A DNA stretch of 63,751 nt, filler included, from Octopus bimaculoides (Eukaryota): NCBI RefSeq assembly GCF_001194135.2. It is 4 parts of 4 records of this genome, joined end to end, with 100 filler letters (N's around TTAATTAATTAA, not from the genome) between each part and the next. Parts side by side here need not be neighbours in the genome. Positions count along the whole stretch, not along the records: positions 1 to 16,719 come from NC_068999.1; 3 more parts are not named here. One strand, given 5' to 3'. Below, piece by piece: positions 1 through 11,045 of the stretch. Within the stretch, counting starts at the first letter, position 1. Each line of letters begins with the position of its first letter. The notes beneath the pieces are model-generated. The model was not told the origin of the DNA and made no database searches. It was given only the letters and a program-made list of their open reading frames with translations. A program made the translations under genes and the position numbers.

Positions 1-300
1 AAAGGAAACGACTACTATTACCTTCAAACTTTGCTTTTGGTGACCTGAACATCAATGTTTTGAAACTGACCTATTTCCCATTACATCTCAGACAGATTCA
101 GCACTGAGTTGCTGAAGCAGAAATATCGTTATAGCAAATATTCTGCTCAATACCACAGATTTGCTTGTCAGTTGCTTGACCTTAACCAATTGTGATTTTT
201 ATGCCCCTTAGTGACTGACAATATGTGCATCTCTGATCATGAGGAGTAGGGGGGCATCATAGCCACGTGTTGAGAGGGATTCTTTGGGGTTTGGATGAAT
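1..300. repeat. Interspersed repeat fragment (octopus-type), family not assigned
   Basis: Recognised from memory of octopus repeats (ttctgctcaataccacagatttgcttgtcag...gagagggattctttgggg). There is no second copy in this window to confirm it. Confidence 0.35.
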
Positions 301-903
301 GCAACAAATGCAAAGTTTGAAGGAAATATTAGCCATTTTTAACAGGTTCTAGGGGTAAGCAAATAAGAAATAATAGTTGCTACCCAAGGACAAAAATCAT
401 GTAACACGATGTAACATTATGTTAGTATTCAAATACCGATGCTTCTGAGGTTATGGACCTTCCTGTGTGCGTGTGTGTGTTTCTGTTAATAAACGCTAAA
501 GTTAAGTTGCTAAATATAGAACTACCTAATATAAATTTCGTCTCCATCTTAGTTTCAGCTTAAGGTGGCATGTTGACCCTTTGTTGAAGAGCAGGCCGGT
601 GGGGCCAAATTCTTTTCATATCAAAATATTTATGTTGTTTGTCATAAAATCTAGGTTAAATACTGTTAGATACATCAATTTAGAAAGAATCTTATTTCAG
701 CAGATTTGTATTATATGCAGATAATTCAAGTATACATAACATGTACATAGTGAGCGAATGACGTTACCAGACGTTCAAAACGAGCCTCCGTGATTTAAAA
801 AAAAAAAAGAAAGAATGAAAAAAGAAAAGAAAAAATACCGGTAATAAAGCTTATAAATAAATAAATACACAGAATAGATTTACAGAGACTGGAAGCTGTG
901 GAA

Positions 904-1092
904 TTAGCATTCCGATTACTCTGTCAAATGTAATGCTTATTTATTCACACTGTTTGGAATTAATCATGTACTATCTCGTGGCATTAAGACTTCAATAATA
1001 TGATTGCTTATTTTTAGAATTACATTGTAAAATAGGTACGAGAGGCCAGATGGGGTCAATTTCACCATAAAACAGGAAGTATATTTGGACTA
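904..1092. mobile_element. Partial copy of the piggyBac-type MITE family (opposite orientation to 12036-12241)
   Basis: It aligns in reverse complement to 12036-12241 and 3100-3290 (aatgtaatgcttatttattcaca...tttttagaattacattgta). Confidence 0.65.
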
Positions 1093-1794
1093 ACCTCGAA
1101 ATCATTAGTGATGTTCGAAATAACTGTACCTTCACCAACTGCAAGAGCAGCTCCGATCGCCAAGGAAAGTTGATCATTAATATTCATAAGGCATGGATGA
1201 TAGTCAATGAGCTTCAGTTGGAGAGGAACTACTTTGAGTTAGCTTAACAGTTTTCCATCCATATGATCCGCGAGTGCTTCAACATGAACTTCAAAGCACC
1301 TCATCATGGATTTCATGTTAACGTATGGCGGCTTCTTTGCCATCGCAAACCATCCACGAAACCTTGAACGAGGTGATTTTTCAATTTGGCAAAATGATCC
1401 GCCTTGAAAGAAACTATTACTTGCTTCTGCCAACAGATTGCTCACTGAGGTCGTTCCTCTTTATATAATTCTGGTGCGAGAATCAAAATAACACGCACGC
1501 ACACACACTTTCATTTCCCTTGCAATTACTAAGAATTCTTCTCATGCAGGGTTAAACTGTTGATTCTCAACAATTCCTTTTTTTACAGGGATAATTGGAT
1601 AATTGCTGAAATATAGATAAGCGTGGATAAGAATACCTGTTAGAAGTACAGACGTACCACACACACACACGTACACACGCAGACATTCACGCATGCACAC
1701 ACACACACACATACGTTTCCCACAAATGGTGCAGATTATGATTATATTGGAATTTAATATGAAGAAGAAAAAAATTCATGGGTACCCACACATA

Positions 1795-2416
1795 CGAGAG
1801 GGTACCCAAAAGAAACAGGAATTTTGCAACGTTATTTTATTTACTTAGTTTTACATGTTTACACTTTTGTCGCTTTCAAAGTATTCTCCATTTCAATACC
1901 TCGGTTCAGACGCGTTTTCCACTGTTCAAAGCAGTTGCTGGAACTCTTGCCAAGAGACACCTTTGGACGCCTCCGTCGTTTTTTTTCTTCACCTCTTCCA
2001 CATCTGCAAATTCCGCAGCACCAGCTTTCGTCACCAGTGATGACCTTCGAAAAAAAAGATCGATCAACTTACAGCTGTTCTTTCAGTTTACAACATGAAT
2101 TCAGTCGTGAATGCTTTTGATCTGCCGTGAGAACGCGAGGCTCAAATTTTGCTACAACACAGCACGACAACTGTTTCGGCCGTCGTTTTCCCCAGCAGAA
2201 AACAGAAATTTCACGGAAGCACGCTTGTTCCTTCGTTTCAACCGTCGTAAAAGTCGATGAACAGGGAACAAAGACACACCACGAGGCAGTACAACTTCAA
2301 AGGACGACGCCGGTCGGCAGACTGATGCCTGAGGATCGCATCAAGTGGCGGAAGCCTGAACTACAACGGGCTTGTCCTACAGAGCACGTTTCCGGTTACT
2401 TTTGGGTACCCCCTTG
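1795..2416 (-). mobile_element. Internally deleted mariner (Tc1/mariner) element, 622 bp, with TIRs and TA TSD
   Basis: The TIRs cgagagggtacccaaaagaaacaggaa and (rc) caagggggtacccaaaagtaaccggaa are flanked by TA at 1793-94 and 2417-18. Frameshifted minus-strand fragments read VKF.FLLGKTTAETV, AKFEPRVLTADQK...KVITGDESWC, FADVEEVKKK, CFEQWKTRL and NGEYFESDKSV. Confidence 0.85.
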
Positions 2417-2689
2417 TACATACGGACACATCATATATACACACACACATGTAGAGATCTCACTTGGCCCTACCTGATATCTGAAACCGAATCCTCTCGC
2501 TTGTTGCTTGTCAAACAGCAGGAAATTCTTTGTGTTTACATCTCCACTCCAGATGATTAATGGGAAGCACTTGACTTCCTAGGACCTAGATCAGTCCTTT
2601 GTTTAGAATTTGACCTACATCCTAGCATAGTCTATATAACAGAAAGCATTTCCTTTATAACGAAGATGAGTAAATGTAAAAATGGTATA

Positions 2690-3098
2690 GGCGCAGGGGT
2701 GGCTGTGTCATAAGTAGCTTGCTTACCAACCACATGGTTCCGGGTTCAGTCCCACTGTGTGGCACCTTGGGCAAGTGTTTTCTACTATAGCCTCAGGCCG
2801 ACCAAAGCCTTGTGAGTGGATTTGGTAGACGGAAACTGAAAGAAGCCCGTCGTATATATATATGTATGTGTGTGTGTGTGTGTATATGTTTGTGTCTGTG
2901 TTTGTCCCCCCCAACATCGCTTGACAACTGATGCTGGTGTGTTTACTTCCTCGTAACCTAGCGGTTCGGCGAAAGAGACCGATAGAATAAGTACTAGGCT
3001 TACAAAGAATAAGTCCTGAGGTCGATTTGCTCGACTAAAGGGGGTGCTCCAGCATGGCCACAGTCAAATGATTGAAACAAGTAAAAGAATGAAAGAAT
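2690..3098 (+). mobile_element. Full-length tRNA-derived SINE, family A (OK-like octopus SINE)
   Basis: A-box-like gtggctgtgtcataag, B-box ggttcagtcc, a central (TA)/(TG) tract and a gtaaaagaat tail. It is near-identical to 9096-9510. Confidence 0.85.
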
Positions 3099-3099
3099 A

Positions 3100-3290
3100 T
3101 ATAAACTGGCCATACATTGTCTAAATATTTTACTACCTGTTTCATGTTCAAGCTGGCCAGATCCAACTTCTCACACCTATCCTACAATGTCATTCTAAAA
3201 ATAAACAATCATATCATCAAAATCTTGAAGCTACAGGAAAATGCAGGATTAATTCAAAACACATGTGAAATAAACAAATTACTTTTTTAA
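3100..3290. mobile_element. Partial copy of the piggyBac-type MITE family
   Basis: It shares cctacaatgtcattctaaaaataa...gaagctac...gattaattc with 12036-12241. Confidence 0.65.
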
Positions 3291-4301
3291 AAAATGGTTC
3301 ATGTTTTATTGGATGTTATCAGGTATTTTTTTTAAATTAAGTTTTAAAAATGTAATTTCCATCATAGCAATTTAGCACTGACAAATTTTTAACAGATATT
3401 TCTTAAACATCAGCAGCGAAGATAACATTAAAAATTACAAACACACAAACTAAAATATTCCCAATAATTTTAATTCTCTATACTCAATACATTTCATTGA
3501 TCTTTGCTAATTTTTTTTTTTAAATGGATTAGTACAAGAGTATAGAGAGATGACAGGATATTTGTTGCTTATTTATAAGAATTTAAATAAAAATATTTAA
3601 TCCTTATTTACTAAATGCTTTAAAAGAAATATTTCGTAGATGATTTTTAGAGAATCTGAAAAATATATTCAATAATAATCTATTTGTGAATTGTTTTTTA
3701 AATATTTCCTTTAATTTATGAAAATGCAAATGGCTAAGGAAGTAGGGGATGAGACAACCAGCCAAGAATTCGGTGGTTTATATTCTGTTTTGTCAGTAGT
3801 CAACACATTTAACTCTCAAATGGTCCAGTTTTATTTATTTGTAAAAAAAGGTGCTGCATGAGCTCACTGTCTTAAACAGTGACAGAACTGTAAAGTCAAC
3901 AAGTGGTTTGTTAGTTGGCATTGCTGAGTTCAACAGTTCCAGTGGGCATAATAATAACCCAGGAATGTCTTCAATAGGTATACACCAAAAGAAAGACTGG
4001 TTCTACCAAACTGGTTAGCCCAAGATACATTATATGAAAGCTAAAGTATTTGTTAATAACCCTCTGACGCAATACTTCAAGGGACACTTGCATTGCTCTT
4101 AAGTAATGATATAAGTTCCTTGCTCCTGATTCGAATGAATGTAATAGTTCTTTGTCACTTTAATCATTTTTATGCATTAATGTATACAAAAGATGAAAAA
4201 CTAGCTTCAGTTGAAGGTTGAAGAGGGAATGATAGATCAGATCAAAGCTAAATAAATCAATATCACAAGTAGTAATCTTTCAAGAGAGAGATTCGTCAAT
4301 T

Positions 4302-5392
4302 CTATTCAGCACTTTCTAATTCAGTTGCTTTCTTGAGAGCATCAGCAATATCTGTCTTATTTACAAGTCGCTTTGATAAGATGAGCAGGTTTTGTTGGCA
4401 GTGAAAGACGGCCCCATAGCCTTGCTCTGGCATGGAGAACTGTACGTAATATTTTGGAGCTATTAAACAATCACATCCACCCCAGCATTCCACAATCACT
4501 TCAAGCTGCTCTCGATTAACAGACCAGAGATAGGTTTCAAATTGATCTCGGACTTTTTTCTCTAAAACATAAGAACCTTCTTCACTGGCATCACAATGTT
4601 TGTATTCAATCTTAGGAATGAGAACAGGTGGTTCAGGAACCAACGAATGGTATAAATAGTCTACATCATCTTCTGACATTTCACTGATAAAAGAGCATGA
4701 AATGGACTTTTTGCACCCATCAGCCAGTTGCTTAAGCGCCCAATAAGGCCGGTGAATTAAAATAGTTTGTGCAATCCGTTGAAGAGTGTCACTAAGGTCA
4801 CAGGGAGCAGGAACATTTAAAATACCATATTTCCCAAGAACTGTTACTAACATTTCTTCAAGGTTTGCAGAAAACTTTGGTGGCAACATTCTAGCTTCCT
4901 TTAAAGCAGCATTGACAACACACAGTTCAAACTCTGAGAGAGTATTTTTGAAAGATTTCAGAAGACTATCTTCATTTTGAATTTCAGTAATAATAAAACA
5001 AGCAGATGCTTTAGCAAAGCGGACAGGCCAATAGCCATAAAGAAGAAAACCATGAGAGAGTATTTTCCCGAGAACTTCAAAGAAGTCTCCACCATTCTCT
5101 GGACACACAACTGGATACTTTTCAAAGGAACCAGAAAAATGTTTATGAAGAATTTTTTTCCAAAAGCTGCAAAACATTTTTTTAGCCTGTAAGGAGGCTG
5201 TGTTATCGCCAGGTTCAGTTTCTTTGACTGAGGTGAGATTCAAGCAACAGTTGCAAATATCTTCATCATTCTGATAGAGAGGAAAAAGTCGATCCACTAA
5301 ATGCAATTTGGGAGGCATTGTGAGATCTCGTACAGAAGTCAGCTGGTTTCTGGCATTAATTAACCGTGTAAAAAGATCTAGTCGGTTGAAGT
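4302..5392 (-). CDS. Terminal coding exon of a divergent HECT-like E3 ubiquitin ligase domain protein (363 aa from this exon)
   Basis: This is the longest non-N ORF in the window. The acceptor ttttatttcattcaag| precedes 5392 (phase 1). Its motifs follow HECT order: FCSFWKKILHKHFSG, FFEVLGKILSHGFLLYGYWPVRF, LLKSFKNTLSEFE, LQRIAQTILIHRPYWAL, QLEVIVECWGGCD, and VQFS..GAVFHCQQNLLILS (candidate catalytic Cys codon at 4398-4400). The stop codon is at 4302-4304. Confidence 0.85.
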
Positions 5393-5942
5393 CTTGAATG
5401 AAATAAAACAAAAATATTTGTCATTAATAAAGTTTAATAGAGCTGCAAAATTATCAAATACAAATATGAAGTTATAAAGCATTATAAAGAGCACTCAATT
5501 GAAAGTAACAAAATAACAAATGTTAAAGAATTGCTTCTATCATTAGAAAGAAAATGTTTCAGCTCCAAATTGTTCCCCATTCACAGTGTCCACCATTACT
5601 CGTCATCTACCACACACTTTTTCCACTCTGGTACACTTACCTATCCACCAACCTTTTCTGTTCCTCTATCCAAATTCTCTCTCATATTCACCTTGTACTT
5701 TGAGGGTACATTTTCACTTTCACCATCTCTCTCTCTCTCTCTCTCTCTCTCACTTCAGCAATATTTCACATAATAAAGAAAGGACACATTCAATGATGCA
5801 GCCCTAGACACAATGTGAGGAAAGAAAAAGAAAAAAAAACACAAAAAAAACATGACATTCAGTTTGATCATGGAACTACTTGATGAAAATGATACCAAAA
5901 CTAAACAACAAGAATAAACGAAAAGAAACAAAGAACAATTAC

Positions 5943-6012
5943 CTGAATTATTTCTTTGGGAGCTTTCTTCAAAAGATCTTTGATACGGCGACGAATCATT
6001 GGTCAAAACACC
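5943..6012 (-). CDS. Internal 70-nt exon of the HECT-like gene (GVLTNDSSPYQRSFEESSQRNNS+D)
   Basis: Acceptor atattttcag| and donor |gtaatt. It starts in phase 0 and ends in phase 1; g|ac gives Asp in frame with the 5392 exon. Confidence 0.85.
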
Positions 6013-6049
6013 CTGAAAATATAAGATAAAAGCATTGTTATTCAGTAAT

Positions 6050-6228
6050 TATGCTTAACGATATTTCGTCCACCTTTACATTCTGAGTTCAAATGCCACA
6101 GAGGTCGACTTTAACTTTCATCTTTCTGGGGTTGATAAAATAAATACCAGGTAAACACTAGGATCAGTGTAATCGACTGGCCCCCTCCCCAAGATTTTAG
6201 GCTTTGTGCCTATAATTGAAAGTATTAT
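6050..6228 (+). mobile_element. Degenerate tRNA-derived SINE, family B (OR1-like)
   Basis: ttctgagttcaaatgccacagaggtcgacttt...ataccag...ttgtgcctata, matching many other copies in the window. Confidence 0.75.
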
Positions 6229-6584
6229 TAAATGATCATTGAATTAAACACATCTATGATTTCCAATTGGAAATTTTGCTTCCAGATATAATAGCAAAGT
6301 GAAGCGTCACTGAAATATCATCATCATCATCATCATCAACTTTAGGTAGCTGTCCATCAGGACTCAGGGTCTTTGCTGCCTTTAATTTTAGTTCTTCAGC
6401 CTATAACAAGGGAGTCTAAGACTGGCTGTCCATGGGAACTTCTGTATGATCTAGTCCAGGTAGAAGGCAATCTTTTACAAAAAGCAGGCCACATGAGACA
6501 TGGCTCATCAGGTGGGACATACTATTTAAAAAATTCAAAGTAATTGGTATACAAATTAGGTGTAGCATTCAGAAAGTCTCGTGA

Positions 6585-7200
6585 GCCACAGTTTATTTAT
6601 GACTGATCTAGTCAAAGGATTAAAGAAGAAATTCCATGTATGGAAGCACAATCTAGAATTGAGTGGTCTTAATGTAAACATAGCAAGGACAAAAGTTTCA
6701 GCTAGCATAAAGGAAGGCAAAACTCTACTGCTATCTAGGAAGGAAACTGGCATGATATGCAGAAAAGAAGATAGGAATATCATACAGTATACTGAATATA
6801 ATATGGAAGCACCAAAGAAGCAATGGGATTGATAGAAAAGAAAAGTAATTTTAGCAGTAAGATCACCAACAAAATACATTTTTTCAAATGCTCAGAAGAC
6901 CTCATTAGAAGTAGCTGATTGTTTCTCATTATCTAACTGACCAAATTAGTAGTGGAGGAGAATGTTTTGAAAATATAGCAGCCAGAGTAAGCATGGGGGT
7001 TGTAAATTTCAAAGAAAGTAACAAAGTGATTTTCTCTTAGAGACTGCATGATGGCTGAGTATGAAGCATAACATTACATTGTAGTAAGACATGGAATGCA
7101 GTGGATCTGTGGGATAGGAGCTAGGGAAAATAATTAGGCATGCATGCTCCAGTGGACATATAATGTTAATGTGAGATTGCACTATTGTGAGGTGTGTTGA
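6585..7200 (+). mobile_element. Decayed RTE-clade LINE RT/C-terminal fragment
   Basis: It translates to KKFHVWKHNLELSGLNVNIARTKV...ICRK and aligns to the younger RTE copy at 12870-13220 (gaagtagctgattgtttc, gaccaaattagtagtggagg, gccagagtaag). Confidence 0.7.
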
Positions 7201-7590
7201 TGGAGCTCTTTTTTCTTCTTCACTTGATCATCCCAGTGTGCGCCCCAGTATTGTCTTCAGTTGTCTCCCTTTTTTACATCAATGACTTTACATCATGACA
7301 CAACTTTTCATTCTTCTCTAACCAAGCATTATCCATTCACAACCTAGGTACCACACACCGGCCCCACACCAATACCATGAAGAGAGACCTTGAAAGCCTC
7401 CTTCAATGGAAATATTACCAATCTAGTGTCTTTCCACAAGAAAAAATCTAAAGTCACTTATATCAAGAAAACCTCATCTCAAGTCCCTCTTCAACATGAG
7501 CAACATAGAGCCCTCACAATTGCTCCAAATATCCGTCAGGTTTCACTAAGGATTTCTCCTGACAAAAGCACATACTTAACATAGCTAGAA
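7200..7590 (+). mobile_element. Highly decayed CR1/L2-like RT fragment
   Basis: FYINDF-like and NLVSF..KSK remnants resemble the RT segments LYINDL and NLVSFN.SKT. Confidence 0.35.
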
Positions 7591-7694
7591 CCAATGACTA
7601 TGATACATTTTTGATAATGATGTTCGTAGAAAACAAGGTTTCACATATTAAAGGTTAGTCATGGCTATATAGTTAAGAAATTCACTTCACAATT

Positions 7695-7820
7695 TGTGGT
7701 TCTGGATGTTAACCCACTTGCAGGAGCCTTAGGCAGGTGTCTTCTACATAACCTTGGGTTGACCAATGCTTTGTGAATGCAGTTTGGTAGATGGAAACTG
7801 CAGAAGCTTGTTATATATCA
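7695..7820 (+). mobile_element. 5' part of SINE family A (degenerate)
   Basis: tttggtagatggaaactgcagaagcttgttatatat matches 2820-2855. Confidence 0.65.
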
Positions 7821-7821
7821 G

Positions 7822-8000
7822 AATCATTTAACGTCCGTCTTCCATGCCGGCATGGGTTGGACGGTTTCACAGGAACTGACAAGCCTGCAGACTTCACTAA
7901 GCTCTACTGTCTGCTTTGATATGGTTTCTACAGGTGTGTACCCTTCCTAATGCAAAACCACTTTACAGAATACATTGGATACTTTTTATGTGGCACCAGC
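7822..8000 (-). mobile_element. RTE 3' tail fragment
   Basis: Reverse complement of 13590-13770 (tttaacgtccg..ttccatg...gcatgggttggacg). Confidence 0.7.
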
Positions 8001-8094
8001 ACCATGTATGTATGTATGTGTGTGTGTGTACATACGTACGTATGTATCCATCCTCATCCATACACAATGATATAAAAAAAATTTTTTAATGAGA

Positions 8095-8430
8095 ATAAGG
8101 TACCTTTTATTTGTTTGTCATTGGACTGCAGCCATGCTGGAGCACCACCTTGAAGGATTTAGTCAAACAAATCCGACCCCAGTTCTTAATTTTAAGTCTA
8201 CCAGTTTCTTTTGCCAAACAGCTAAGCTATGGGAACATAAACAAACCTACACCAGTTGTCAAGCAATGCAAGGGGGACCACACAAAAACACACGATGAGC
8301 TTCCATACTGTTTCCTTCTACCAGATTTACTCAGAGAGCATTGATCAGCCCAAGGTGACACTTGCTGAAGTGGCTGCACAGTGGAACTGAACCTAAAACT
8401 GTGTGATTGCAAAGCAAATTTCTTAACCAC
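8095..8430 (-). mobile_element. SINE family A, degenerate
   Basis: gccatgctggagcaccacc is the reverse complement of the family A 3' region; the head remnant is gaactgaacctaaaactgtgtg. Confidence 0.65.
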
Positions 8431-8799
8431 AGAACCAATTTTTTTTTTTTTCAACATAGAATATTGTTATATTTCGGGATGGTCAGTTTTTTTGAGGTTT
8501 TTTTTTTTTTACCAAATAACCACACATACTATATATTCATTCTTCACTCATTTATTACTGTTCAAATTTTAACTGATATCCATTGGACATCAGTTAAAAT
8601 AAGAACAATAATAAATAAGTGAAGAACGAATATATAGTGTGTGTGGTTATTCGGCAAAGATAAAAAAAAAGACTATCCTGAAATATAACAATATCTGTTT
8701 CAACACACGGTTTCAGATCAGGAATCTTGCAACACAAATTCATATACATTTCTCATAAATTTGTGTGTAAATCTTCAGAAAATAGATAAAAAAATTTAC

Positions 8800-8919
8800 C
8801 TCATCTAATGACAGATGTGATGTTGACATTTCACCATACGATTGTTCATCATCTGTGGACGTAAAACTTGCATTGCCAACAGTTTGAACAATTTCCAGAG
8901 GAGGTGAGTTACTGTCGCC
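8800..8919 (-). CDS. Internal 120-nt exon of the HECT-like gene (GDSNSPPLEIVQTVGNASFTSTDDEQSYGEMSTSHLSLDE)
   Basis: Acceptor tattatttttaag| and donor gag|gtaaat. Phase 0/0, open, and joins GVLTND in frame. There is an in-frame ATG at 8827-8829. Confidence 0.8.
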
Positions 8920-9095
8920 CTTAAAAATAATAATTAAGATTAAGTTTATAATGAGCAAAATAAATAAATGAATAAATAAAAATAAATGAAAATGAAGAGA
9001 AAGATTATGGTTTTTATACTGAAGCTACAGAATCTGAAATTTTGACATAAGATAACATTTCTGGAAAAGAAATAATTTAGTAAAATAATTAACAA

Positions 9096-9510
9096 GCGCA
9101 GGAGTGGCTGTGTGGTAAGTAGCTTGCTTACGAACCACATGGTTCCGGGTTCAGTCCCACTGCGTGGCAAGTGTCTTCTACTATAGCCTCGGGCCGACCA
9201 AAGCCTTGAGAGTGGATTTGGTAGACAGAAACTGAAAGAAGCCCGTCGTATATGTATATATATATATATNNNNNNNNNNTGTGTGTGTGTGTGTGTATAT
9301 GTTTGTGTATCTGTGTTTGTCCCCCCAACATCGCTTGACAATCGCTGCTGGTGTGTTTATATCCTTGTAACTTAGCGGTTCGGCAAAAGAGACCGATAGA
9401 ATAAGTACTAGGCTTACAAAGAATAAGTCCTGGGGTCGATTTGCTTGACTAAAGGCGGTGCTCCAGCATGGCCAGTCAAATGACTGAAACAGGTAAAAGA
9501 GTAAAAGAGA
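9096..9510 (+). mobile_element. Full-length young SINE family A copy in an intron of the HECT-like gene
   Basis: Near-identical to 2690-3098, with CpGs retained. Confidence 0.85.
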
Positions 9511-9749
9511 AAGTATTACATTCTCTTCTTTTCCTTTTGCATTATCTCTCTTAATGTAATTAACTTTAAGAGAGAGAGTGAGTGGGGAGAGGGAATGTGT
9601 GTGTGTGTATGAGTGACGAATAGGATGCGTGCGTGTGTGTATGAGTGTGTGAATAAAGTACAGCATGTATGTGAACAAAAACCAGAAAGCAATGAGTAAA
9701 GACTAAGATGTGTATGTACTTTTCATTAGATAATATTGATTTAAAATTT

Positions 9750-9955
9750 TGGCACAATTTTAGGATGGAAATTTGTGGGGAAGGGTCCAGGTGATTATAT
9801 TGACCCAGCATTCAACTGGTACTTATTTCATTAACCCAGAAAGGATGAAGGACAAAGTCGGCCTCAGCAGGATTTGAACTCAGAACATAAAGACAAATGA
9901 AATGCGGCTAAGCATTTTGCCCCATGTGCTAATAATTCTGCCAGCTTGCAGCCTT
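9750..9955 (-). mobile_element. SINE family B with CpG decay
   Basis: caactggtacttattt...gaaggatgaaggacaaagtcggcctcagcaggatttgaactcagaacataaagac. Confidence 0.8.
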
Positions 9956-10049
9956 GTTACAGATGGATAATATTGATGTGACAACAGTATACCCCAACTA
10001 GTGTGTCACTTCATCTGTAATCACAGACCCACCATTAAGGCATAGGCTT

Positions 10050-10200
10050 TACACGTGCCACCGGCACAAGTGCCCAGAAGGCGACGCTGGGCACAGGTGC
10101 CATCACGATTTCGCTTTCGCTTGCCCCAACAGGTCTTCGCAAGCCGAGTTTCGTGTCCAATGAAGGAGACGACGTTGGCGTGGGTACCAGTCGTCGAATT
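10050..10200 (-). mobile_element. CpG-rich RTE 3'UTR-like fragment
   Basis: The reverse complement ends in ggtggcacgtgtaaa, similar to ggtgacacgtaaaag at 13592. The family is recalled from octopus RTE 3'UTRs. Confidence 0.4.
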
Positions 10201-10503
10201 TAGTTCATGAGATCAAAACTTACAACTAGAGCCATTATCATGCCTCTGGGCAAGGTACATAACTCATTAACTACTTGCCTCAGTCTGCCTGACTGATAGG
10301 AGGTTTCCTCTCCTAATTCATGACTGAGTGGTTAGAAGCAGTAGGAAATGAACATCCAGCTGTAAAAACAAAAGATACACATTGGTGTCTTCTGAGAAAG
10401 TTAAGACTTTAAGTTTTGAACAATGCCATTGTTAGAGTAGAAGTTTTTCTTCTCCAACAAATTAGCGTCCGTTAAACAGTCTCAACTTCGTACCCCTACT
10501 TAC

Positions 10504-10581
10504 GCTGGATCTTCAAAAGGATTCATACTCACAGATCATCACTTGTCTACCAGTTCAAGTGATCCAACAACACATAAATAT
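10504..10581 (-). other. Candidate 5' (mostly UTR) exon of the HECT-like gene with two alternative donors
   Basis: Acceptor gcaattttag| precedes 10581. Donors are |gtgagt (exon end 10533) and |gtaagt (exon end 10504). All three frames are closed in the 5' part; ATG AAT CCT TTT GAA GAT CCA GC lies between the two donors. Confidence 0.4.
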
Positions 10582-11045
10582 CTAAAATTGCAATAACAAA
10601 ACAAAAAAAAAAACTGCTCCATACATGCTTGTATAGATATATGGATGTAACACAATTAAAAAAAAATATATATCTTTAAAGGTTTAATTGAATTTGTAAC
10701 AAAAGCATGTATCTCTATGGTCAGATTAAAAACATGATATCAGGCATGCAAATAGATAGAATTAAGATAACAATTTCAATGAGTATTAATTCCAAAATGG
10801 TTAATAAGATGGTAATTAACATCTAATAATTTAAGAATTAGAACTGTTAAACCAAAAATACTAACTACCAAATTTTGCAATATTGTAAAATGAAAATGCT
10901 AATTCAACAAAATTCAAATGATTTCCTGATATTATCAATTTGTACATGAAGAAAATCAATTAATGGTAAAAGTAAATGTAGAAAAGGAGAGGATCCAAAT
11001 GAAAATGGGGTTAGATTTCTGAAGTTCAAATGATGATACAAATAA

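Noticed and set aside
2127-2477. Plus-strand ORFs 1778-2098, 1824-2120 and 2127-2477
   Set aside because: They are antisense to the mariner transposase remnant, which explains the segment.
9957-10020. Short inverted repeat (ttacagatg...catctgtaa)
   Set aside because: The arms are only 9 + 6 bp, too short to distinguish from chance or a tiny MITE remnant.
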